In this document: positions 1 to 7,285 of the stretch, piece by piece
How the letters are laid out: each line of letters opens with the position of its first letter
Numbering within the stretch: position 1 is the stretch's first letter
Source of the DNA: an uncultured Peptoniphilaceae bacterium
Lineage (GTDB): Bacteria; Bacillota; Clostridia; Tissierellales; Peptoniphilaceae
Reading direction: 5' to 3'
DNA: 64,000 bases
NCBI GenBank assembly: GCA_964346245.1
Contig: CAYFUF010000005.1
Coordinates: 250-64,249 of the forward strand
The notes under the pieces: model-generated
What the model saw: the letters and a program-made list of their open reading frames with translations, nothing else
Databases searched by the model: none
Told to the model about the DNA's origin: nothing
Position numbers and translations under genes: made by a program

Positions 1-637
1 TGGTACAGTTTTTGCTTACGGCCTTACCCATCTCAGGATTCTTACATTTAACTTGGGCTGGCGCTGAGTATGGAACGAGTTCGATGATCTTCTTTGGACA
101 AACCTCGATACACTTCATACACTGCGTACACTTGTCCTTATCGATAACAGCAACGCCGTTCACAATACGAATAGCATCAAAGTCACAGACATCGTAGCAG
201 TCTCCGCAGCCTACACAGCCATAGTTACAAGACTTGTTACCACCAAAAGTATAAGTCATAACTGTGCAAGAACTTACTCCATCATATTCGAAGAGTTCCC
301 TCGTATGGTCACAGTCACCCTGACATTTAACGGAAGCGACGTACTTCTCTCCGCCACTTGCTGTCTTACCCATGATATCAGCAACAACTGCTGCTGTGTC
401 GTCTCCACCGACAACACAGGCATTGACAGGAGCCTCTTCATTAGCGATTGCCGCTGCACAACCTGAACATCCTGGGTAACCACAAGCACCACAGTTAATT
501 CCTGGCAACGCTTCTTCGATCTGTGCGATCTTGGGGTCTACCGGTACATAAGTCAATTTGCTGATTACGCCAAGCAAAACTGCAATGACGATTCCCATAG
601 CTGAAAGAACGACTACAGGTGTTAATATTTCACCCAT
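1..637 (-). CDS. rnfB: RnfB, Rnf complex Fe-S subunit B (C-terminus cut by window edge)
   Basis: Absent from the ORF track because there is no stop inside the window. My minus-strand translation from ATG at 637 gives MGEILTPVVVLSAMGIVIAVLLGVISKLTYVPVDPKIAQIEEALPGINCGACGYPGCSGCAAAIANEEAPVN... It continues with ferredoxin-type Cys clusters (CVGCGDCYDVC, CTQCMKCIEVCP) and stays open to position 1. It is the last gene in the rnfCDGEAB order. Confidence 0.9.
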   Translation of the reverse strand, partial: MGEILTPVVVLSAMGIVIAVLLGVISKLTYVPVDPKIAQIEEALPGINCGACGYPGCSGCAAAIANEEAPVNACVVGGDDTAAVVADIMGKTASGGEKYVASVKCQGDCDHTRELFEYDGVSSCTVMTYTFGGNKSCNYGCVGCGDCYDVCDFDAIRIVNGVAVIDKDKCTQCMKCIEVCPKKIIELVPYSAPAQVKCKNPEMGKAVSKNCT

Positions 638-647
638 TCATTTCCTC

Positions 648-1223
648 CTAACTAAACATTCCAGCGAAACCTGAGAATGCGATAGACATCAAGCCTAAAG
701 AGATAAGAGCCATAGGCACATTCTTGAAAGCAGCTGGCACTTCTTTAATATCATAGGATTCACGAATAGCAGCTAGTAAGACGATGGCCATCCAGAAGCC
801 CAATGATGCAGCCAGACCGCTTGCAACGGTTTCAAGCAAGTTGTAACCTGATTCAATATTTACAATGGCAACACCAAGAACGATACAGTTTGTCGTAATC
901 AGTGGTAGATAGATACCTAGTGCTTGGTAAAGAGCTGGCGTAGATTTTTTCATGAACATCTCTACAATTTGTACCAAAGCAGCGATAACTAAGATGAAAG
1001 CAATCGTACGTAAGTAAGGGATGCCAAAGTGTTGCAACAAGAGTTCGACAAACCAGGTAATCGCAGAGGCCAATACAATAACGAATGTTACTGCAGCGCC
1101 CATACCCATGGACGTCTCTACCTTATTGGTTACACCAATCGTTGGGCAGATTCCTAAGAACTGTGAGAATACGTAGTTGTTGACAAAAATAGTAACAAAT
1201 ACGATCGATAGAATATTTGACAT
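648..1223 (-). CDS. rnfA: RnfA, Rnf complex membrane subunit A
   Basis: 191-aa polytopic protein of the RnfA/NqrE type (FLGICP, YLPLITTNCIVLG). Its ATG overlaps the rnfE stop by 1 nt. Confidence 0.93.
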   Translation of the reverse strand: MSNILSIVFVTIFVNNYVFSQFLGICPTIGVTNKVETSMGMGAAVTFVIVLASAITWFVELLLQHFGIPYLRTIAFILVIAALVQIVEMFMKKSTPALYQALGIYLPLITTNCIVLGVAIVNIESGYNLLETVASGLAASLGFWMAIVLLAAIRESYDIKEVPAAFKNVPMALISLGLMSIAFSGFAGMFS

Positions 1224-1867
1224 TATCTTGCACCTCCTGCAGCCTTTGTTTCAGTGATGTGAGGAGTGAGCTGTTTTCTCTTCTTGGCACTACGAATTGC
1301 ATTCGATGCGGCAATGAAGAAGCCCAATAGCATGAATGAAGAAGGTACTTGTTGGAAGAAAGGAATGGCAAATTCTTCTGGGATAATCTGATTGCCTAAA
1401 AACGCGCCCGTTCCTAACAGTTCTCGGATAATTGCGATACCAGTAATTACCCAAGTGTAGCCTAATCCATTGCCTAAGCCATCGATGATTGAGTCGACAA
1501 TACCATTCTTGCTGGCAAAAGCTTCTGCGCGGCCAAGGATGATACAGTTAACAACGATCAATGGTAAGAAAATACCTAGTAAGTTGTAGATTTCTGGTAA
1601 GTAAGCTTCCATGACCATCTCTAGGATAGTTACGAAACCTGCGATTACAACGATGAAGGCCGGAATACGGATTTCATCAGGGATAAAACTTCTCAACAGC
1701 GAAATAACCACGTTGGAAGCTGTAAGTACAAAGATTACTGCCATGCCCATTCCGAAAGCACCTTGGACGGTATTGGATACACCAAGGACGGAGCACAATC
1801 CGATTAATTGAACCAAGGCAGGGTTATTGCGAAAAAGACCGTCAGTGAAAATTGCTGATTTTTTCAT
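1223..1867 (-). CDS. rnfE: RnfE, Rnf complex membrane subunit E
   Basis: 214-aa polytopic protein of the RnfE/NqrD type (GLCSVLGVSNT, FLPLIVVNCIILGRAEAFA). Confidence 0.93.
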   Translation of the reverse strand: MKKSAIFTDGLFRNNPALVQLIGLCSVLGVSNTVQGAFGMGMAVIFVLTASNVVISLLRSFIPDEIRIPAFIVVIAGFVTILEMVMEAYLPEIYNLLGIFLPLIVVNCIILGRAEAFASKNGIVDSIIDGLGNGLGYTWVITGIAIIRELLGTGAFLGNQIIPEEFAIPFFQQVPSSFMLLGFFIAASNAIRSAKKRKQLTPHITETKAAGGAR

Positions 1868-1876
1868 TATTCCCTC

Positions 1877-2893
1877 CTATTTCAATTCATCAAAAGCTGC
1901 TTTAACAGCTTCGAAAGCTTCTTGCATTGCATTAGATGTTGCTGTTGCACCAGAGATAGCAGTAGCAGGTTCATCTATAGTCGTTGTCATCAAGTTGCTA
2001 GCATAATCTGCTTCTTCAACCGCTGCGCCAAAACCAGGTGTTTCCTCATGGTTAAGAACAGTGAAGAAGTTAATGCTACCATCCTCAGCTACACCGACGA
2101 CAAATTCAACTTGACTAGCAAAACCCGTTGGCGAAAGCGCGTGGTATAAGTATCCTTCAGCTTCTCCTCCAGTCGCTTGATAAACACCTTGAATGATGTC
2201 ATTCGTTGGCGCATCTGCCACTGCAGTAACCGAATCAGCGCCTACGAAAGCAGCAAGGCTTTCTTCACTAACCTCGTCAAGCTTGGGAGCTTCTTCAACT
2301 TCTTCTACTTCAGGAACATCGGTCATGTCTACAGTACTGCCGGTTAAGGCTGCCCACTTTTCAACTACCATATTGAAAGCGGCTTCCATTGCTTTCGTCG
2401 TCACTGTAGCACCGGTCATTGCTGGAACTTCATGCTCAGTTCCGCCTGCACCATTTGCTACAACCGGAGCATTCAGCATGACATTGTTTAGACCTTCTGC
2501 ATATTCTGGATCAGCAACTCTAGCACCAAATCCAGAGGTCTCGCTGTGACTTAATACTTCAAAGCCAGTAACCGTACCATCATTCTTCACACCAACGGCA
2601 AAGTTGACAGGACCGCCGTAGCCAGATGGCGAATTAACAGAGAAAGCATAACCATCCTGTTGGCCATTAACGTTCGCTTCCACAATCTGAGTGATATTCT
2701 CATCTAGTAAAGACTCGTCTTCAACTGGAGTAAACTCAGCATCAGGATAAACAGCACTGAAAGCCTGTTGCGTTTGTTCCATTTGTCTCTTTGCGATGAT
2801 TGGGGAGGTCTGTGAGTTGATAAAGGCAAGAACCGCAGCAACCACAGCAGTAATGACAAATAACTTAACAGCTAATTCAACTGTCTTTTTCAT
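1877..2893 (-). CDS. rnfG: RnfG, Rnf complex subunit G with two tandem FMN-binding modules
   Basis: I trimmed the start to ATG 2893 (MKKTVELAVKLFVITAVVAAVLAF, a membrane anchor), which overlaps the rnfD stop by 1 nt. The 338-aa protein has two FMN_bind-like halves. Each ends in a flavinylation-type motif: MTGATVTTKAM and ISGATATSNAM. Confidence 0.88.
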   Translation of the reverse strand: MKKTVELAVKLFVITAVVAAVLAFINSQTSPIIAKRQMEQTQQAFSAVYPDAEFTPVEDESLLDENITQIVEANVNGQQDGYAFSVNSPSGYGGPVNFAVGVKNDGTVTGFEVLSHSETSGFGARVADPEYAEGLNNVMLNAPVVANGAGGTEHEVPAMTGATVTTKAMEAAFNMVVEKWAALTGSTVDMTDVPEVEEVEEAPKLDEVSEESLAAFVGADSVTAVADAPTNDIIQGVYQATGGEAEGYLYHALSPTGFASQVEFVVGVAEDGSINFFTVLNHEETPGFGAAVEEADYASNLMTTTIDEPATAISGATATSNAMQEAFEAVKAAFDELK

Positions 2894-3879
2894 TATTGAA
2901 CACCTCCAAACGGTTTTTCTTTGACATACTTGTCGATCAGTGGTGTACAAACATTCATGATGAGGATTGCATAGGAAACGCCTTCAGGGTTTTGACCAAA
3001 GACACGGAATAGAGCAACCAGTAAACCAGCACCGATTCCGAAGATCAATTGACCCTTAGAAGTAATTGGAGACGATGAGTAATCCGTAGCCATGAATATA
3101 GCACCGAGCATTAGACCTCCTGACAAGACCTGAGCTGGTAAAATACCGACTGTTTGGGAGAAAGCATCACCAAGAGCTACTTCATTTAAGCTAAGTTCGA
3201 TTGCATTGAAGACGATAAATCCGACTGCAAATGCGGCGACCATAGCGACAGGGATTCTCAGTTTGATTATTCCTCTCCACAAAAGGATGAGTGCTCCAAC
3301 TAATAGAGCGACAGCAGAAACTTCACCTAGCGTTCCAGGTACTGCGCCGATGAAAAGATCCATCAGGTTAGCATTTGCTGGATTAGCGAGTGGAGTACCA
3401 CTGGTTACCGCATCCAATGTATAAGGTTGAACGTATGTACCCATTTGTGCGGGCCATGAGGCAAGCAACACTGCCCTAGCCGCTAATGCGGGGTTAACAA
3501 AGTTATTACCAATGCCACCAAACATCTCTTTGACCACAACGATGGCAAAGATTGAACCAAAGACAACCATCCATAGAGGCATAGTCGATGGTACGTTGAA
3601 GGCAATCAAGATACCCGTGACAACCGCTGACAAGTCCGCTATGCGGAGGGGTTTTTTCAGGGCTTTTTGTATGACAGCTTCTGCGACCACACAAGATAAA
3701 ACCGCAACGAGTGTAACAATAATTGCATCGATACCGAAGAAGATGAAGGATGCAACAATTGCTGGAATTAGTGCGATAATAACGGTAAGCATGATATGCT
3801 GGGTTGAGTTATCTGTGCGGATGTGAGGTGAAGAACCTACATGAAGCAATAGTTCTCTCTCATTCGTTTTTGCTTCCAC
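2893..3879 (-). CDS. rnfD: RnfD, Rnf complex membrane subunit D
   Basis: 328-aa polytopic protein of the RnfD/NqrB type (VTSGTPLA, FMATDYSSSP). Its position in the operon fits. Confidence 0.93.
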   Translation of the reverse strand: MEAKTNERELLLHVGSSPHIRTDNSTQHIMLTVIIALIPAIVASFIFFGIDAIIVTLVAVLSCVVAEAVIQKALKKPLRIADLSAVVTGILIAFNVPSTMPLWMVVFGSIFAIVVVKEMFGGIGNNFVNPALAARAVLLASWPAQMGTYVQPYTLDAVTSGTPLANPANANLMDLFIGAVPGTLGEVSAVALLVGALILLWRGIIKLRIPVAMVAAFAVGFIVFNAIELSLNEVALGDAFSQTVGILPAQVLSGGLMLGAIFMATDYSSSPITSKGQLIFGIGAGLLVALFRVFGQNPEGVSYAILIMNVCTPLIDKYVKEKPFGGVQ

Positions 3880-3889
3880 TTTTTACCTC

Positions 3890-5239
3890 CTACTTCTCTT
3901 CTTTAGCTTTTTCAGCAGCGGCTCTGTCTTGGGCCATAACGGTGCGCTTACCATAGCGGATATATTCCGTTAGGTGGCGTTTCGATGGGCAGACATAAGA
4001 GCATAAGCCACACTCGATACATTGGGTAATGTGGTAGTCACGAGCTACATCCCAATTCTCACTAGAAGATGCTTTTTCTAAATAAAGAGGCTCTAACTGC
4101 ATCGGACATCTTTCCACGCACTCGCCGCAACGAATACAAGGATAAGCTTCCACTGGTTTAGCTTCTTCTTCAGTTAAGACAAGGATACCATTGTTGCGCT
4201 TGTCAGTTACGGCTTCATCCGTATACTGAGCGATACCCATCATCGGACCGCCGAAGAGAATCTTACCAGGTACGGTTGAGTAGCCACCGCTATATTCAAC
4301 GATATCCTTAATGCGAGTTCCGATACGAACAACCAAGTTCTTTGGAGAATTAACGGCATGTCCAGTCACGGTGACTACGCGTTCGTAAACTGGTTTGCCA
4401 TAATAAACAGCATCCACAACGGCGCAAATCGTACCGACATTCTGAACGAGTACACCAACGTTAGCTGGCAACTTACCTGCTGGGATTTTTCTGCCCGTTA
4501 CGGCGTAGATTAAAGACCTTTCATCTCCTTGAGGGTACTTCGTCTTTACAACAGCTACTGCTAAATCTTCCTCATTCGCTAAGGCAGCATCGATAGCATC
4601 GATTGCTTTTGATTTGTTGTCTTCTATAGCAACATAACCTTTTTTCGCACCTAGGACCTTCATCGCTAATTTCAGTCCCTCAACCACCTTTTCTGGTTGG
4701 CTGCGCATGGTTAGGTCGTCACAAGTTAAATAGGGCTCACACTCTGCTCCGTTGATAATTACTGTATCTACAGCAGTATCTGGAGGGGGAGATAATTTAA
4801 CGTGGCTAGGGAAACCTGCACCACCCATACCTACGATGCCTGCGTCACTTATGTACTTCAAAATTTCTTCGTTCGATAGGTCCTGACCACTTCGATCAAC
4901 TTCCTCATAGCCGAGTGTGTCTAGGCCATCATTTTTGATGACAACTGCATCAACTTCCGCTCCCGTAGCGCTTAAGTACTTTTCGATGCTCGTTACTTCT
5001 CCAGACACACTAGAGTGTACGGGAGATGATACGTATCCACCTGCTTCAGCTATAACTTGGCCAACCTTAACTGTGTCTCCCTTTGCGACCAGTAACTTCG
5101 CAGGAGCACCGACATGTTGGGAAAGAGTAAGCTTTACCTCTTCAGGAGCAGGCATTACCGTAATCTCAGAGCCGTTCGAAAGTTCCTTATTGTCTTTCAC
5201 GTGTAAGCCACCACGGAAAGTTAAGTTTTCGAGCTTCAT
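3890..5239 (-). CDS. rnfC: RnfC, Rnf complex NADH-binding Fe-S subunit C
   Basis: 449 aa with a GMGGAGFP nucleotide/FMN motif and two 4Fe-4S motifs (CIRCGECVERCP, CIECGLCSYVCP). RBS GAGAGGAGAG lies upstream of the ATG. Confidence 0.93.
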   Translation of the reverse strand: MKLENLTFRGGLHVKDNKELSNGSEITVMPAPEEVKLTLSQHVGAPAKLLVAKGDTVKVGQVIAEAGGYVSSPVHSSVSGEVTSIEKYLSATGAEVDAVVIKNDGLDTLGYEEVDRSGQDLSNEEILKYISDAGIVGMGGAGFPSHVKLSPPPDTAVDTVIINGAECEPYLTCDDLTMRSQPEKVVEGLKLAMKVLGAKKGYVAIEDNKSKAIDAIDAALANEEDLAVAVVKTKYPQGDERSLIYAVTGRKIPAGKLPANVGVLVQNVGTICAVVDAVYYGKPVYERVVTVTGHAVNSPKNLVVRIGTRIKDIVEYSGGYSTVPGKILFGGPMMGIAQYTDEAVTDKRNNGILVLTEEEAKPVEAYPCIRCGECVERCPMQLEPLYLEKASSSENWDVARDYHITQCIECGLCSYVCPSKRHLTEYIRYGKRTVMAQDRAAAEKAKEEK

Positions 5240-5270
5240 ACTTCACTCTCCTCTCAATATTTTTAACCGT

Positions 5271-5304
5271 AAAAAAACGTGAGACAGCTAAAGCCGTCCC
5301 ACGT
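5271..5304 (-). terminator. Intrinsic terminator downstream of tRNA-Leu(GAG), about 30 nt upstream of rnfC
   Basis: On the minus strand, ACGTGGGAC-loop-GTCTCACGT (9-bp stem with one G-U pair) is followed by TTTTTTT. Confidence 0.7.
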
Positions 5305-5315
5305 TTCTTTGGGCT

Positions 5316-5401
5316 TGGTGCAGAAGATGGGATTCGAACCCACACAGGCGTTGCCCACCACCCCCTCAAGATGGCGTGTCTGCCAATTCCACCACTTCTG
5401 C
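5316..5401 (-). tRNA. tRNA-Leu (anticodon GAG), type II with long variable arm, CCA encoded
   Basis: Reverse complement is GCAGAAGTGGTGGAATTGGCAGACACGCCATCTTGAGGGGGTGGTGGGCAACGCCTGTGTGGGTTCGAATCCCATCTTCTGCACCA. Acceptor stem is GCAGAAG/CTTCTGC. Anticodon stem is CCATC/GGTGG with loop TTGAGGG. T-loop is TTCGAAT. Confidence 0.9.
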
Positions 5402-5418
5402 AAATTAACGACTTCCTT

Positions 5419-5446
5419 ATTATACAACAATTTTGTTATAGGTCAA
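5419..5446 (-). promoter_or_regulatory. Sigma-A type promoter for tRNA-Leu(GAG)
   Basis: Minus strand reads TTGACC-16 nt-TATAAT. The -10 ends about 17 nt before the mature tRNA 5' end. Confidence 0.65.
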
Positions 5447-5674
5447 GTCAGTAAAATGTCTTTTCTATTTGCAGGTCTTATGTACATGGAAACCGATTCC
5501 CTGCATAACAAGAGCACTTAGTTCGCATCAAATTGTTGAGGGTATTCTGTTAAACATATGTCAATTCAACGCTTAGCCGACCTTCAATACTCTACATTCT
5601 ATACCGAATTTAGACTCTTTACAAGGGAATTACACCTGGCACTGAACTGAATTTCTTAATTCTAGATTAAAATC

Positions 5675-5709
5675 AAAACATCCTGCCCAGTTTAGCCAAG
5701 CAGGATGTT
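5675..5709 (-). terminator. Intrinsic terminator after the SLT gene
   Basis: ACATCCTGC...GCAGGATGT (9-bp stem) followed by TTTT on the minus strand. Confidence 0.65.
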
Positions 5710-5727
5710 TAACTACAAATGGATGTT

Positions 5728-6621
5728 TCATTCCATTTCAAGACTCATACTATTTTTTGTCCACCGGAAGAGGTCTAACATGTTATCGAAAGCTAGACTG
5801 AAGGTGTTCTGGTTCTCTGCTTCTTTCAAGCCCTCCGAATAGAAGATGTCATAGACTTGTTTAGCTCGGTTGACTTTGACAACATAGTCCCTCGTTTCTC
5901 GGTAAGGTATCGCACTCAAGGAATCTCTTTCCCAAGTGATAGTTCCATCAGCTATCCATTGGTCTACATTGCTTGCCCCTGTGTTGTAAGCGGCTATTGC
6001 TAAATCCTGATTTTGGAAATGATTGATCAAATAGGAAATATAGAAGCTGCCCATAGCGATATTGTATTCGGGATCGTCCAAATACTCCGGCTTATACTCG
6101 ATGCCCATCTGTTGAGCTATCCAAGTAGCCGTATCAGGCATGATTTGCATCAAGCCTCTTGCGCCCACTGATGACACCGCCGTTTCATCGTAACCACTCT
6201 CCGTTTTGATAATCGCGGCAAGAAGTTGAGGCTCTAGGCTATACTTCTCTGCATTCTCCTCAATAATCTCACTGTGGGCAACCGGATAATTGATCGTGCC
6301 GATAAATACACTGAAGAAGACAAAGGCGCCAGTCAATAGCCCGAGAACAAGAACCAAGATAAGAATATTCCGGATAATTGTTAATATGCCTAGGAAAAAG
6401 CGGGCAACTAAAGGTCTCTTCTTTTGCGCTTCGACTTCTTCTTCGATGTAATAGTAATCATCGTCCTCGTAAGCGTATTCTGTTTCTGGCTCATTCAAAT
6501 CTATCTCAGCTGTCTGTTCTGGGTTTTCATCACTAGCTTCATCTGCATTCAATTCAACTAGGTTATCCAGTTCAGTTACCTTATCGTCTGAATTTTCATT
6601 TTTATTAGTAAATCTTGCCAT
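5728..6621 (-). CDS. Membrane-anchored lytic transglycosylase (SLT domain) with acidic N-terminal tail
   Basis: 297 aa. The N-terminal 70 aa are D/E/Y-rich, followed by one TM helix (FFLGILTIIRNILILVLVLGLLTGAFVFF). The SLT signature is IIKTESGYDETAVSSVGARGLMQIMPDTA ... AAYNTG. Confidence 0.85.
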   Translation of the reverse strand: MARFTNKNENSDDKVTELDNLVELNADEASDENPEQTAEIDLNEPETEYAYEDDDYYYIEEEVEAQKKRPLVARFFLGILTIIRNILILVLVLGLLTGAFVFFSVFIGTINYPVAHSEIIEENAEKYSLEPQLLAAIIKTESGYDETAVSSVGARGLMQIMPDTATWIAQQMGIEYKPEYLDDPEYNIAMGSFYISYLINHFQNQDLAIAAYNTGASNVDQWIADGTITWERDSLSAIPYRETRDYVVKVNRAKQVYDIFYSEGLKEAENQNTFSLAFDNMLDLFRWTKNSMSLEME

Positions 6622-6625
6622 AGTC

Positions 6626-7252
6626 TCACATCCACTCGTTGGTTTGGTTTAATGCGCAATCTATTTGCTGGTTCAAATCTCCAAGGCTTCCCCTGTTATC
6701 GATAACAACATCCGCCAATCTAACTTTCTCTTCAATACCCATCTGAGAATCGATTCGGCTTTTTGCTTCCTCAAGGGATAGGTCATTTCTCTTTCGCAAT
6801 CTTTCCAGCTGAGTCTTCTCATCAACATAGACTAGCCAAGTCAGATCGAGATTTAACGCTTCCACCTTTTCCCAAGTTTCAAACAGCAAGGGTATATCTA
6901 TAAAAATAATATCGTGATTTGAGAGTCTTGTCGAATAATAATCAAGTTGATGCAAAATCTCATCATAAATCAGAGGGTGGGCAATATCATTGAGCCTACG
7001 CCTTTTCCCCTCATCATTAAAAACGATAGCAGCTAGACGGGCCCTATCAATCACTGACTCGCCGTTAAATGGGTCGACCAAGATTGTTCCACCAAAAGCG
7101 CCAACGAGCGCTTTATGAATAGGCTGCCCAGGCTCCATTAAACGATGATTGACAGCGTCCGCATCGATTACAGTATAACCCTTACCTCGAAGGATGCCTG
7201 TTACTGTGGACTTGCCACTTGCGATTCCCCCAGTCAAGCCAACCCGTTTCAC
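6626..7252 (-). CDS. coaE: Dephospho-CoA kinase
   Basis: 208 aa with the P-loop at the N-terminus (VGLTGGIASGKST). It sits downstream of polA, as in many Firmicutes. Confidence 0.9.
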   Translation of the reverse strand: MKRVGLTGGIASGKSTVTGILRGKGYTVIDADAVNHRLMEPGQPIHKALVGAFGGTILVDPFNGESVIDRARLAAIVFNDEGKRRRLNDIAHPLIYDEILHQLDYYSTRLSNHDIIFIDIPLLFETWEKVEALNLDLTWLVYVDEKTQLERLRKRNDLSLEEAKSRIDSQMGIEEKVRLADVVIDNRGSLGDLNQQIDCALNQTNEWM

Positions 7253-7285
7253 CTTAATCCTCGACTTTCTTTTCTATTGCTATCC

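Noticed and set aside
274-492. 72-aa minus-strand ORF from the track, inside the first 640 nt
   Set aside because: It lies in a different frame of the same strand as the clearly coding RnfB reading frame, which is open from 637 to 1 with Fe-S motifs. It has no RBS and no protein-like features.
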